A DNA stretch of 63,894 bases, counting the filler, from Octopus bimaculoides (Eukaryota), in NCBI RefSeq assembly GCF_001194135.2. It is 6 parts of 5 records of this genome, joined end to end, with 100 filler letters (N's around TTAATTAATTAA, not from the genome) between each part and the next. Parts side by side here need not be neighbours in the genome. Positions count along the whole stretch, not along the records: positions 1 to 24,828 come from NC_068982.1; 5 more parts are not named here. One strand, given 5' to 3'. The stretch's first letter is position 1. Each line of letters begins with the position of its first letter. The notes beneath the pieces are model-generated. The model was not told the DNA's origin. It was given only the letters and a program-made list of their open reading frames with translations, and made no database searches. Positions 11,513-22,029 of this stretch are shown piece by piece. Made by a program: the position numbers and the translations under genes.

Positions 11513-14395
11513 CAGAAAAACCGTCCACATTGATGCGAAGTGCGGCGGAAAAACCTCCCACATTGATTTCAGGTGCAGCAGAAAAGCCACGCACATCGAT
11601 GCGAGGTGCGGCAAAAAGACCTCCCACATTGATGCCAGGTGCAGCAGATAAAACTCCCACATAGATGGAAGATGCGGCAGAAAAACTTCCCACATTGATA
11701 AAAGGTGCGGAAGAAAAAACTTCCACATTTATTTAAGGTGTGGCATAAAAACCTCCCACATTGATGCGAGGTTATTCTGCCACACATTCCATCAATGTGG
11801 GAGGTTTTTCTGCTGCACCTTCCATCAAAGTGGGAGGTTTTTCTGCCGCACCTTACATCAATGTGGGAGGTTTTTCTGCCACACCTTAAATCAATGTGGA
11901 AGGTCTTTCTGCCACACCTCGCATCAATGTGGGAGGGTTTTCTACCGCAGCTTCCATCAATGTGGGAGGTTTTTCTGCTGCACCTCGCATCAATGGGGGA
12001 GGTTTTTCTACCGCAACTTAAATCAATGTGGAACGTACTCCAGCCGCACATCGCATCAAAGTGGGAGGTGCGGAAGAAAAAGCTCCCACATTGATTTAAG
12101 GTGTGGCAGAAAAAACTACAACATTGATTTAAAGTGCGGCAGAAAAACCTCCCACATTGATTTCAGGTGCAGCAGAAAAATATCCTACATTGATATGAGG
12201 TGCCGCAGAAAAAACCTCCACATTGATGGAAAGTGCGGCATAAAAACCTCCCACATTGATGGAAGATACAGCAGAAAAACCTCCCACTTTGATGGAAGGT
12301 ACGACAGAAAAAACTCCCACATTGATTTAAGGTGCGGCAGAAAAAGCACCCACAATTATGCGAGGTGCGGCAGAAAAACATTCCACATTGATGCGAAGAG
12401 CGGCAGAAAAACATTCCACATTGATGCGAGGAGCGGCAGAAAAACATCCCACGTTGATTTAAGGTGCGCAGAAAAACCTTCTACATTCATGTAAGGTGTG
12501 GCAGAAAAAACTTCCACATTGGTGCGAGGTGCTGCAGAAAGACCTGCCACATTGATGGAAGGTGCGGCAGAAAAACATCCCACATTGATGGAAGATACGG
12601 CGGAAAAACATCCCACTTTGATGGAAACTGCGGCAGAAAAAACTCCCGCATTGATTTAAGGTGCGGCAGAATAAAATTCCCACATTGATTTAAGGTGCGG
12701 CAGAAAACACTCAAACATTGATTTAAGGTGCGGCAGAAAAAAACCTCCAACATTGATATATGGTGCGGCGGAAAAACCTCCCACATTGATTTCAGGTGCG
12801 GCAGAAAAACCTCTCACATTGATGGTAGCTGCAGCAGAAAAACCTCCCACATTGATGGAAGCTGCGGCAGAAAAAACCTCAAACATTGATTTAAGGTGTG
12901 GCAGAGAANNNNNNNNNNNNNNNNNNNNNNNNNNNNNNNNNNNNNNNNNNNNNNNNNNNNNNNNNNNNNNNNNNNNNNNNNNNNNNNNNNNNNNNNNNNN
13001 NNNNNNNNNNNNNNNNNNNNNNNNNNNNNNNNNNNNNNNNNNNNNNNNNNNNNNNNNNNNNNNNNNNNNNNNNNNNNNNNNNNNNNNNNNNNNNNNNNNN
13101 NNNNNNNNNNNNNNNNNNNNNNNNNNNNNNNNNNNNNNNNNNNNNNNNNNNNNNNNNNNNNNNNNNNNNNNNNNNNNNNNNNNNNNNNNNNNNNNNNNNN
13201 NNNNNNNNNNNNNNNNNNNNNNNNNNNNNNNNNNNNNNNNNNNNNNNNNNNNNNNNNNNNNNNNNNNNNNNNNNNNNNNNNNNNNNNNNNNNNNNNNNNN
13301 NNNNNNNNNNNNNNNNNNNNNNNNNNNNNNNNNNNNNNNNNNNNNNNNNNNNNNNNNNNNNNNNNNNNNNNNNNNNNNNNNNNNNNNNNNNNNNNNNNNN
13401 NNNNNNNNNNNNNNNNNNNNNNNNNNNNNNNNNNNNNNNNNNNNNNNNNNNNNNNNNNNNNNNNNNNNNNNNNNNNNNNNNNNNNNNNNNNNNNNNNNNN
13501 NNNNNNNNNNNNNNNNNNNNNNNNNNNNNNNNNNNNNNNNNNNNNNNNNNNNNNNNNNNNNNNNNNNNNNNNNNNNNNNNNNNNNNNNNNNNNNNNNNNN
13601 NNNNNNNNNNNNNNNNNNNNNNNNNNNNNNNNNNNNNNNNNNNNNNNNNNNNNNNNNNNNNNNNNNNNNNNNNNNNNNNNNNNNNNNNNNNNNNNNNNNN
13701 NNNNNNNNNNNNNNNNNNNNNNNNNNNNNNNNNNNNNNNNNNNNNNNNNNNNNNNNNNNNNNNNNNNNNNNAAGTTCCACTGGCCAAGACGAGTGAAGGA
13801 TGCAATCACTGCTGTGAATAGATGTAGAAAAGGGAGAGTTTCCCTCTTAAACCACCTTCGGGTGCGATCACATACACACACACACACAGAGGAAGGGGTG
13901 GGAGGAGAGAGGCATGAGAGTACATAAATGCAAAACAAGATGAAGAAAATAGTACTCGAATACCAAAGGTAGATTGAAACAAACACTTCGCAAGCAGAAA
14001 AAACTTTACGAACTATTGCTCTAAAATTTTGATGAATGCCTGAATAATTCAAATGTTCTGTTTAAAGCCTCACACATTCATGTAGGTTGCGGCAGAAAAA
14101 CCTCCCACATTGATGCGAGGTGCGGCAGAAAAACCTCCCACATTGATTTAAGGTGCGGCAGAAAAACCTCCCACATTGATTTAATGAGCGGCAGAAAAAC
14201 AGCCCACATTGATGCAAGGTGCGGCAGAAGAACCTCCCACATTGATGCGAGGTGAGGCACAAAAACCTCCCACATCGATTTAATCTGCAGCAAAAAAAAG
14301 AAACCTCCCAAATTGATGCAAGGTGCGGCAGAAAAACCTCCAGCATTGATGCGAGGTGAGGCAAAAAAAAAAACCTTCCACATTGATAGAAGTCA
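11513..14395. repeat. 33-bp minisatellite array (consensus approx. TGAT-NNN-AGGTGCGGCAGAAAAACCTCCCACAT)
   Basis: A period of 33 is measurable at 14101/14134/14167. Blocks are 11513-11772 forward, 11768-12069 inverted, 12065-12908 forward and about 14075-14395 forward. An N gap and about 300 bp of unique DNA lie between 12909 and 14065. Confidence 0.97.
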
Positions 14396-14583
14396 CCGGC
14401 AAAAACTTTATATCCTTATTCCAAATTGCTTCCAAACTTTATGAATCACAACAGAAAAAGAACACTCACACACGCACGCGCGCACTACATGCTATCGATT
14501 AAAATTGGCAGAATTTCGCTATAGCAGAAACATACGGAACTAAGTACAAAACTGCGAGACGTAAATGACCTAACGACGTTCTT

Positions 14584-14597
14584 GTTGCTATGGAAAC
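14584..14597. promoter_or_regulatory. RFX X-box (GTTGCTATGGAAAC)
   Basis: Exact match to the 14-bp X-box consensus GTNRCC/YY-AT-RRNAAC, ending 14 bp before the ATG at 14612. Confidence 0.75.
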
Positions 14598-14611
14598 CAC
14601 ATCAATCAACA

Positions 14612-14873
14612 ATGCCGAGCGGAACAAGCGATGTAAAATATGTTGACGCTTATTCATTACCCGGTAAACCACATATTGCTTTCTGTGATTCAGACGACAA
14701 AGATATACTTCTAGCACGGCATTTCTGGTTATCTGTACACTTGAGGCCTTTCGTTGAATCACGCCTCGTGTCCAGTGACATTAGACAACGAACTATTAAA
14801 GCGAGCTTGAAATCTCAAGACGATTACTTGCTAAGAGTAGACCATGAGTCTCATGCACTTGAACATTTAACTG
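14612..14873 (+). CDS. Exon 1 of a 5-exon uncharacterised 233-aa protein (putative ciliary)
   Basis: ATG at 14612; MPSGTSDVKYVDAYSLPGKPHIAF...HESHALEHLT; donor G|GTAGGT at 14874, phase 1. Confidence 0.85.
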
Positions 14874-15138
14874 GTAGGTAGACAAGCAGAAAAAACCCCA
14901 CAAAAACAACTTGTTTATCTCTGGGTAAACTCTGAACGCTCAAAATCGGTACATCCATGACCAACATGTCTTATTTTACTCATGGATAATTTGCTGAATA
15001 ATAGAGAAAGAATGCACGAGAAATTGGTAACTTAATGTATCGGGAAATATGTGCTATTAGAATCGTCTAAAGACGGGCCGATGTGTGGTGAGATACATAA
15101 CAGGGCGAAAATAAAGAAGGAAAAAGGATACCGGTCTG

Positions 15139-15139
<1 letters not shown>

Positions 15140-15172
<33 letters not shown>

Positions 15173-15182
15173 CGCCAGCCTG

Positions 15183-15223
<41 letters not shown>

Positions 15224-15233
15224 NNNNNNNNNN

Positions 15234-15276
<43 letters not shown>
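15140..15276. repeat. (CCAG)n/(TCTA)n microsatellite
   Basis: Directly visible. Confidence 0.95.
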
Positions 15277-15277
<1 letters not shown>

Positions 15278-15319
15278 GTTTGAGTGTATATGTTTGGGTG
15301 TGTATGTATGTATGTACGT

Positions 15320-15445
15320 GTAGAATCACGCCGTGCAAAATGTTTAGCGGTATTTCGTCCGTCTTTACGTTCTAAGTTCAAATTCCTCCGAGGTCGATTT
15401 TGCCATACATCATTTCGGGGTCGATAAAGTATGCACCAGTTAAAC
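15320..15445 (+). mobile_element. Partial family A SINE
   Basis: gtttagcggtatttcgtccgtctttacgttctaagttcaaattcc...ttcggggtcgataaag. Confidence 0.8.
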
Positions 15446-15564
15446 ACTAGTTTTTGCTTTTCTCATCGCCTTATATTCCCTTAATAATAATCCTTTCTAC
15501 TATAGGCACAAGGCCTGAAATTTTAAGAGAAGGTTCCAATCGATTAATCAAGGTTCTAATCAAA

Positions 15565-16120
15565 GGGCATCCAGTGAGGACTATGATGCGGAAGATCCGA
15601 TGAGAAAAGCAAAAACTAGAACTCCGTGAGCCTGAGGCTACTGGAGAAGAAGGTCCATACTGTTCAGCAGTGTCGTTGGGCATTGGACGGATGAAATGGT
15701 TAAATTGCTAAGGTTTGGTTTGGTACAGACCTCCAGGTGAACAAGAACTGGGAAGAGGTGACGAGTAGGGTGACAAGTTTTACCAAGAAATGGGCTGAAA
15801 GGAAACTGCCTGAAGAGACGGGTGGAGGTTGCGAACGCCTACATCGCATTCGTCATCTACTTCCGCTCTACCGCCGTGCCTTACTCAACTGCATAGCTGA
15901 TGAGAATGGAACGTTTGCTCTTCCACTTTTTGTGCAGGATTTGCATCCCACTGGTCAGACAGTCCATTTGTTGTCAGTATCCGTTTCGTAGAGGACTGGG
16001 AATGCCGTGGTTGATGACGCGCAGATGTGCACTGAGCCTACAACATTTCCAGCTTTTTCTTGACGGTGAACAAGTATGGTTTCCGTTTGTTAGACGCGCT
16101 TTTCCACAACTCGTTTCTTT
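15565..16120 (+). mobile_element. Degenerate Tx1/L1-clade LINE RT fragment (intron 1)
   Basis: SSVVGHWTD, KNWEEVTSRVTSFTKKWAERKL, GLGMPWLMTRRCALSLQHFQLFLDGEQVWFPFVRRAFPQLVS. Confidence 0.85.
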
Positions 16121-16164
16121 CAATTATTGTTGTTGTCGTTGTTGTTTATGAGACAATAAGCTGG

Positions 16165-16750
16165 CGGAATAGTTAGCGCGTCGAACAAAATGCTGAATAG
16201 CATTTCTTCAAATATCGCCGAGGTCGATAAAATTAGAACCAGTGAAGCACTCGAATCGGTGTAATCGACTCCACATCCTTCAAAATGATTAGCCTTGCGC
16301 CCAAATAAGCAAGAAATATTATTATTGGTGAGCTAGCAGAATCGTTAGCATGCCGGGCAAAATGCTTAGTGGCATTTCATCCGTTTTCTCGTTCTGAGTT
16401 CAAATGCCGCTGAGGTCGACTTTGCCTTTCAGTCTTTCGGGATCAGTAAATTAAGGATCAGTTGAGTACTGGAGTCGATGTAATCGACAAGCCCCCCCCC
16501 CCNNNNNNNNNNATAGTAGAAAGGATTCTTATTATTAAGACGGCGAGCTGGCAGAATCGTTAGCACGCCGAGCAAAATGCTTAGCAGCATTTCGTCCATC
16601 TTCACGTTCTGAGTTCAAATTCCGCTGAGGTCGACTTCACCTTTCATCCTTTCGGGGGTCGATAAATTAAGTACTAATGAAACACTGGGGTCGATGTAAT
16701 TGACTAGTCCTCTCCCTCAAATTTCAGGCCTTGTGCCTATAATTGAAGAG
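16165..16750 (+). mobile_element. Three head-to-tail family A SINE copies
   Basis: Heads at about 16167, 16326 and 16537 (agctggcggaat, gagctagcagaatcg, ggcggcgagctggcagaatcg). Confidence 0.85.
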
Positions 16751-16782
<32 letters not shown>

Positions 16783-16856
16783 CATTTGTTGTTGTTGTTG
16801 TTGTTGTTGTTGTTATTAGTATTAGTTGATATTTTTGTTTTCTTCCAAAATTTTAG

Positions 16857-16978
16857 AATTTTGGAAAAAATTGAAAAACGCGGAATATATGTACCAACAG
16901 GAATTTTTGGAAGGCTTTTATAAACGGAAAAAACAATGTAAAGAGAGTTTCTTGGCGCGGAAATCTCAGCGGATAAAT
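16857..16978 (+). CDS. Exon 2 of the same gene
   Basis: Acceptor ttttag at 16855-16856. Phase 1 completes Glu, then FWKKLKNAEYMYQQEFLEGFYKRKKQCKESFLARKSQRIN. Donor GTAAGT at 16979, phase 0. Confidence 0.85.
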
Positions 16979-17127
16979 GTAAGTTTGATTATGGCGCGGT
17001 GGCGGGGTTGGTTCTTTCCTGGGTACCTGGATGAATTTGGTGCAAACAAAATAGGTCGAAAAAATCTAAGTTTAAAAACGTGAGAGGGAACTAGGGATGG
17101 GAAATACAATAAAAGAGAGACAGATAA

Positions 17128-17335
17128 TGCACGTCAGGACTGCGGAAACATATCTCCCTCGGATTATTACCTGTTCCGATCTAAGGCTCGCTTCCTGTAC
17201 TCGCGGCGCTTCGTCAACCAAGAGGAGATGACAGCTTCAGTGAAAGAGTTCTTCGCCTCAAAGGACAAGAAATGGTATCAGCATGGGGTCAAACAACTGA
17301 GAGAAAGGGTGGCATCAGACGGTGTAACACGATGG
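17128..17335 (+). mobile_element. Mariner transposase C-terminal remnant
   Basis: PSDYYLFRS...EEMTASVKEFFASKDKKWYQHGVKQLRER matches the mariner PSDYHLF...FF.SK...Y..GI..L..RW region. Confidence 0.8.
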
Positions 17336-17339
17336 CCTG

Positions 17340-17550
17340 TACTTCGACAGAAACGTTAACACGCCGGGCGAAATACTTAGCGGTATTTCATCTGTCTTTA
17401 TGTTCTGTGTTCAAATTCCGCCGAGGTCGACTTTGCCTTTCATCCTTTCGGGGTTGATAAATTAAGTACCGTTGCGTACTAGGGTCAACTAATCGACTGC
17501 CCACCCCATCTCCGAAAATGTCGGGCCTTGTGCCTAGAGTAGAAAAGAAA
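17340..17550 (+). mobile_element. Family A SINE
   Basis: acgccgggcgaaatacttagcggtatttc...ccgaggtcgactttgcctttcatcctttcgggg. Confidence 0.88.
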
Positions 17551-17803
17551 GTGAGAGATAGGTGCTCTTTAATCTTTATTCTTCAACTTGTTTCAGTCAT
17601 TGAACTGCAACTATGATGGGACACCACCTTCACGGTTCTAGTCAAACAAATGGACCCCAGTACTTATTCTTTTTAAGACTGACACTTATTCTATCGCTCT
17701 CTTTTGCCGGGAAACAAACAGATATACACACACACATACGTACGTGCGTACGTATGTATGTATGTATGTATGTATGTATGTATGTATGTATGTATGTATG
17801 TAT

Positions 17804-18245
17804 AGCAGGATTCCTAAGCAGATGCTCTATGGAGAACTTGTGAATGGAAGGAGACTCCGGCAGAAACCAAGGCTGCGCTTTAAGGACTGTATCAAGTCCT
17901 CATTAAAGGCCTGTGATATGCAGGACACTGACTGGGAGAACAATGCCTGTCATCGCCACGGATGGAGGAAGCATGTTAAGGAGGGGATCGACACTTTTGA
18001 GAGAGCACGTAACCAGCATGAAGAACTTAAGTGAGCTGCGCAAAAGCGCACGGCTCATATAGTGAATGGGGAAAGCTTGGTCTGCAATGTTTGCAATCGT
18101 GTATGCTTGTCAAGAGCAGGGCTCATTAGCCACCAACGGAGCCACAAATGCAAAATATAAGTTAGTCCTAGAGTGCACAATGTTCCTGAAGGTCGGCAAT
18201 GGTCTTCCTCGGTCACGAGTGGACGGCCATCATGTATGTATGTAT
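17804..18245 (+). mobile_element. RTE-clade LINE 3' fragment with single C2H2 finger and (ATGT)n tail
   Basis: RIPKQMLYGELVNGRR..QKPRLRFKDCIKSSLK...WRKHVKEG...LVCNVCNRVCLSRAGLISHQRSH. Confidence 0.9.
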
Positions 18246-18249
18246 GATG

Positions 18250-18540
18250 GACTCTCCCGTCGAAGATGACGCGTGAGTGTTCAGCTTTTGCCGAACGACC
18301 TGCACAAATGATTTATTTATAGTGATTAAATGTTCGTGATGTACATTAACTCCCTCCCTCCTATAAATCGATGTTGCCAGGACAAGTACACGATGTACTA
18401 CACGCCAGGTGTCAAAGTGATCGTAGAGCAACGTGAGATGAGGAGTTTTGCTCAAGAACACAACGCACCACACGGTCTAGGAACCGGAACCACGATCGCA
18501 CGATCGTGAGTGTAACAACCTAAACACTAGAACATGCACC
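18250..18540 (-). mobile_element. tRNA-derived SINE (family C-like)
   Basis: Minus strand reads ...cgatcgtggttccggttcctagacc...gttgtgttcttgagcaaaac, similar to 25748-26000. Confidence 0.7.
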
Positions 18541-18614
18541 TTCATATATATATATATATATATATATATGCATATATATATATGCATATATATATATATA
18601 NNNNNNNNNNNNNN

Positions 18615-18720
18615 GCAATGGGATTTTACAAGACACTTGCCTAAGGTGTCACACAGTGGGACTGAACTCAAAATTACATGGTTGTAAAGCTAGCTTCTTA
18701 ACTACACAGGCGTGCTGGTG
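18615..18720 (-). mobile_element. Partial family B SINE
   Basis: aagacacttgcctaaggtgtcacacagtgggactgaact. Confidence 0.8.
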
Positions 18721-19399
18721 TTTATATTGAAGAGAAATGCTAAGAAAGGGAGAGGATTGAAAATAAATTCAGATAAAACAACATTGGTATTATTACATAT
18801 TATTTTCATGTGGGTTAGATTTTGCTATCAGCACAGTTATTTCAAATATAAAGCAGCACATTAGTGCTACATATGGAATTTAACCCAGTCCATCAACATA
18901 CTGAGTTAAAATATAGCTAGGACAGGCTTCGCCTTCCATGTAATAAGTAAATAAATAAAAGTAATATTCTTACTGGTTGTCGAATCTGTGAACTATACTT
19001 CTCGATAAAATCTAGAAACCAACATTCATACACTGTAATAATGAAGTTTTGTGGAAATAGGAAAGTAGAGAGATAAAGTAAAATAGAGTGAAAGTTCCTG
19101 CATACATAAGGCGCCACTTCAATCATTAATTACGTTCCAATTTGGAAGTCTGGCACTACGTCGTTTTATTGTTTCGTTATTTTATTTTCCTACCAGGTGT
19201 GCTACCAAATGAGGGAGATTACAAATATTGCTAAGAGCAAAGTATTACAATATTGATGTACATATAACTCCGACGCATTACTGAGTCAGATTTTTTTTTT
19301 CTTTTGTAAACGTTGATAAAAGCTTCCGAACATGAAATCATGACGTAGCTGGAGAATTCAAATTTCATTTGCTTATATCAAAGGGCGAAAAATCTTGAC

Positions 19400-19575
19400 T
19401 ATAGGCGCAGGCGTGGCTATATGGTTAAGATGCTTTCTTCCCAACCACATGATCTTGGGTTCAGTTCCTCTGCGTAGCATCCAGGGAAAGTGTCTTTTAC
19501 TATAGCGCCGGGCTGACTAAATCCTTGTAAGTGGATTTGGGAGACGGAAATTGAAAGAAGCCCGTCGTAAATATA
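19400..19575 (+). mobile_element. Family B SINE
   Basis: ggcgcaggcgtggctatatggttaagatg...ccaaccacatg...gaaagaagcccgtcg. Confidence 0.88.
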
Positions 19576-20480
19576 TGCATGGTATTCGGGCTAAATTTGG
19601 CGATTATTTTTTAATGTCTTCTTTTTCCAAGAACAATTTAATGTGTCGGTGGACAGTCAAAGGCGTTGGAGAGCATTAAAATTTAAGGTGTAGTTGAGAA
19701 AAAGCTAGCTGACTTGTATGACTGGATGCCATTTAAATATTAAACAAGGGGTACCTGTATCAGGATGATTCGCGTCGGGTTTCAAAATGTCGACATCATG
19801 ACTGCTGCTTAATGCTCTGTTACACACTGTAAAGGCTGAAAGACGTGACATGGACAGCTGCAACGGAAACCACAAATCTGGTCAGCAGAAAGGGATTTAA
19901 CGTGTTCTGACAGCGTCCGCACACCTGAATTCATCCTCACTCTTTTGAACAGGGCCTTAGACTCATTTCAGACGACTATATGAAACTGCTGGAGACTATG
20001 ATCAAACTCTGCCTGGAGAGGGTTGCTGCTGGAAGACTATATGTGTAGCAATAGGATTCGGCTCCTTGTTATACGCCCGGAAAGAGTCAGAATTTGTTGG
20101 AAAATATCTACGATTTCGTCAGCCCCAATTTCTGGCATTCTTGTTCCTCCAATTATAATCTCATGGTTTACTATGTGTAAGGTGAAATTGGAGAAAGACA
20201 CCAACCACTCTGCTGCAGCACCAAGACGGAGGTGATAGCCAAAATCTAGGAAACGTTCGATCTTCCCAAGGACACAGCGAGGAAAGCATGCGCCAGGTTC
20301 TGGAGCCGTCTTAAGGTCGGGGTGGAAGCCGAGGGTGGCTATTTTGAGTAAACTGTTATCTCCCAGCCATAATCTAGTCGACATTTTTTGATTTTTTAAA
20401 AATACTTTTATTTTTAGATGGGGTATTGTGTTTTCTTTTCCTGTTATGCAAACTATCAAATTTAACCGGAACACTCTGCA
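19576..20480 (+). mobile_element. Internally deleted Tc1/mariner-superfamily (maT/DD37D-like) transposon
   Basis: Remnant translation KLLETMIK.CLERVAAGRLYV.Q.DSAPC...EKDTNHSA...RHAPGSGA / VGVEAEGGYFE*. Degenerate TIRs of about 30 bp, with TA immediately outside both ends (19574-19575, 20481-20482). Confidence 0.8.
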
Positions 20481-20901
20481 TATGTTTGTGTGTGTGTGTG
20501 TGTGTGAGAGAGAGGGAGAAAGGGAGAGAGAGAGTGTTGTGCTTATGTGTAAGGGGAGGTGGGGATGGGGCGTCTGTCTGTGTATTTGTGTTCGTCTTTG
20601 CGTGTATATTTGTTCTCACCATTGTTTAACCATAGGCATTATTTTTTTTGTACATCCCCCGTAACATAGCGGTTCAGCAAGGGAATCAAACAGAATAAGT
20701 AACAGGTTTGAAAGAAAAAAAGTAAGTACTGGGGTCGATTTGTTCATGTAAACCCTTCGAGGCTGGAATCCAATGATTGAAGTAAGTATAAAATAAAAGA
20801 TAATGTAAATTTCTGTTTAACATTTACAATATTTATTCAAAGATATGACAGTTGGGAGTTTGTCGCTTGATTCATTTTGTATTAGTCTTATTTGATTTCA
20901 G

Positions 20902-21045
20902 TTGCAAGAAGTTTCCGGACAGATATTACAGAAGAACAGATTGTATTCTCGTGAGGAAGAAAAAAGATGGAAACTGGAAAAAGAAATAGAAGGTCCGGAG
21001 GATGTTCGAAAACAAATCGCAGAATTTGAAAGGAAGAACAAAATA
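20902..21045 (+). CDS. Exon 3 of the same gene
   Basis: Acceptor tttgatttcag; 144 bp, LQEVSGQILQKNRLYSREEEKRWKLEKEIEGPEDVRKQIAEFERKNKI; donor GTAAAT at 21046, phase 0. Confidence 0.78.
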
Positions 21046-21496
21046 GTAAATATTTTGTATAGCATTTTGAAGGAAAAAACAGCTAAAAACAATAAATACA
21101 CATTCTTGAATATATATATACATGCATAAACAAATATATACGCATGTTCTTCACATTCCCTTCCTTCTCTTTATATATACATGAATAGGTATGTGCATAA
21201 TTAAATGAGTGTGGCAATACGCATATATGCTGTTGTATATGCATAATACTTATGCCCTCTTTCTTTCTTTCTTTCTTTCTTTCTTTTCATAATAATTCGC
21301 ATTCAAAATTTTTTATCTCTTTACTCGTGGATGAACACTTACTGCTCCAGAACTATTCCTGTGTCTTAGAAAAACCCGTTTGTCCTTCCTTGACCATAGA
21401 AGAAAATCTATCTCATTCTTTTCACTGCGTTTTCTGATTTTCAATGAGGCCGTTTCACTTATATTCAGTCACGCATCTAATTGACAGCCAACAGAA

Positions 21497-21499
21497 TAC

Positions 21500-21575
<76 letters not shown>
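21497..21575. repeat. (AC)n microsatellite running into a gap
   Basis: Directly visible. Confidence 0.97.
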
Positions 21576-21964
21576 NNNNNNNNNNNNNNNNNNNNNNNNN
21601 NNNNNNNNNNNNNNNNNNNNNNNNNNNNNNNNNNNNNNNNNNNNNNNNNNNNNNNNNNNNNNNNNNNNNNNNNNNNNNNNNNNNNNNNNNNNNNNNNNNN
21701 NNNNNNNNNNNNNNNNNNNNNNNNNNNNNNNNNNNNNNNNNNNNNNNNNNNNNNNNNNNNNNNNNNNNNNNNNNNNNNNNNNNNNNNNNNNNNNNNNNNN
21801 NNNNNNNNNNNNNNNNNNNNNNNNNNNNNNNNNNNNNNNNNNNNNNNNNNNNNNNNNNNNNNNNNNNNNNNNNNNNNNNNNNNNNNNNNNNNNNNNNNNN
21901 NNNNNNNNNNNNNNNNNNNNNNNNNNNNNNNNNNNNNNNNNNNNNNNNNNNNNNNNNNNNNNNN

Positions 21965-22023
<59 letters not shown>

Positions 22024-22029
22024 TTATAT

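Noticed and set aside
11513-14395. 33-bp array as a CRISPR array or a coding repeat (HQCGRFFCRT zinc-finger-like, AAPxINVGGFS)
   Set aside because: There are no unique spacers and the genome is eukaryotic. Variable A-runs shift frame repeatedly and the array inverts internally.
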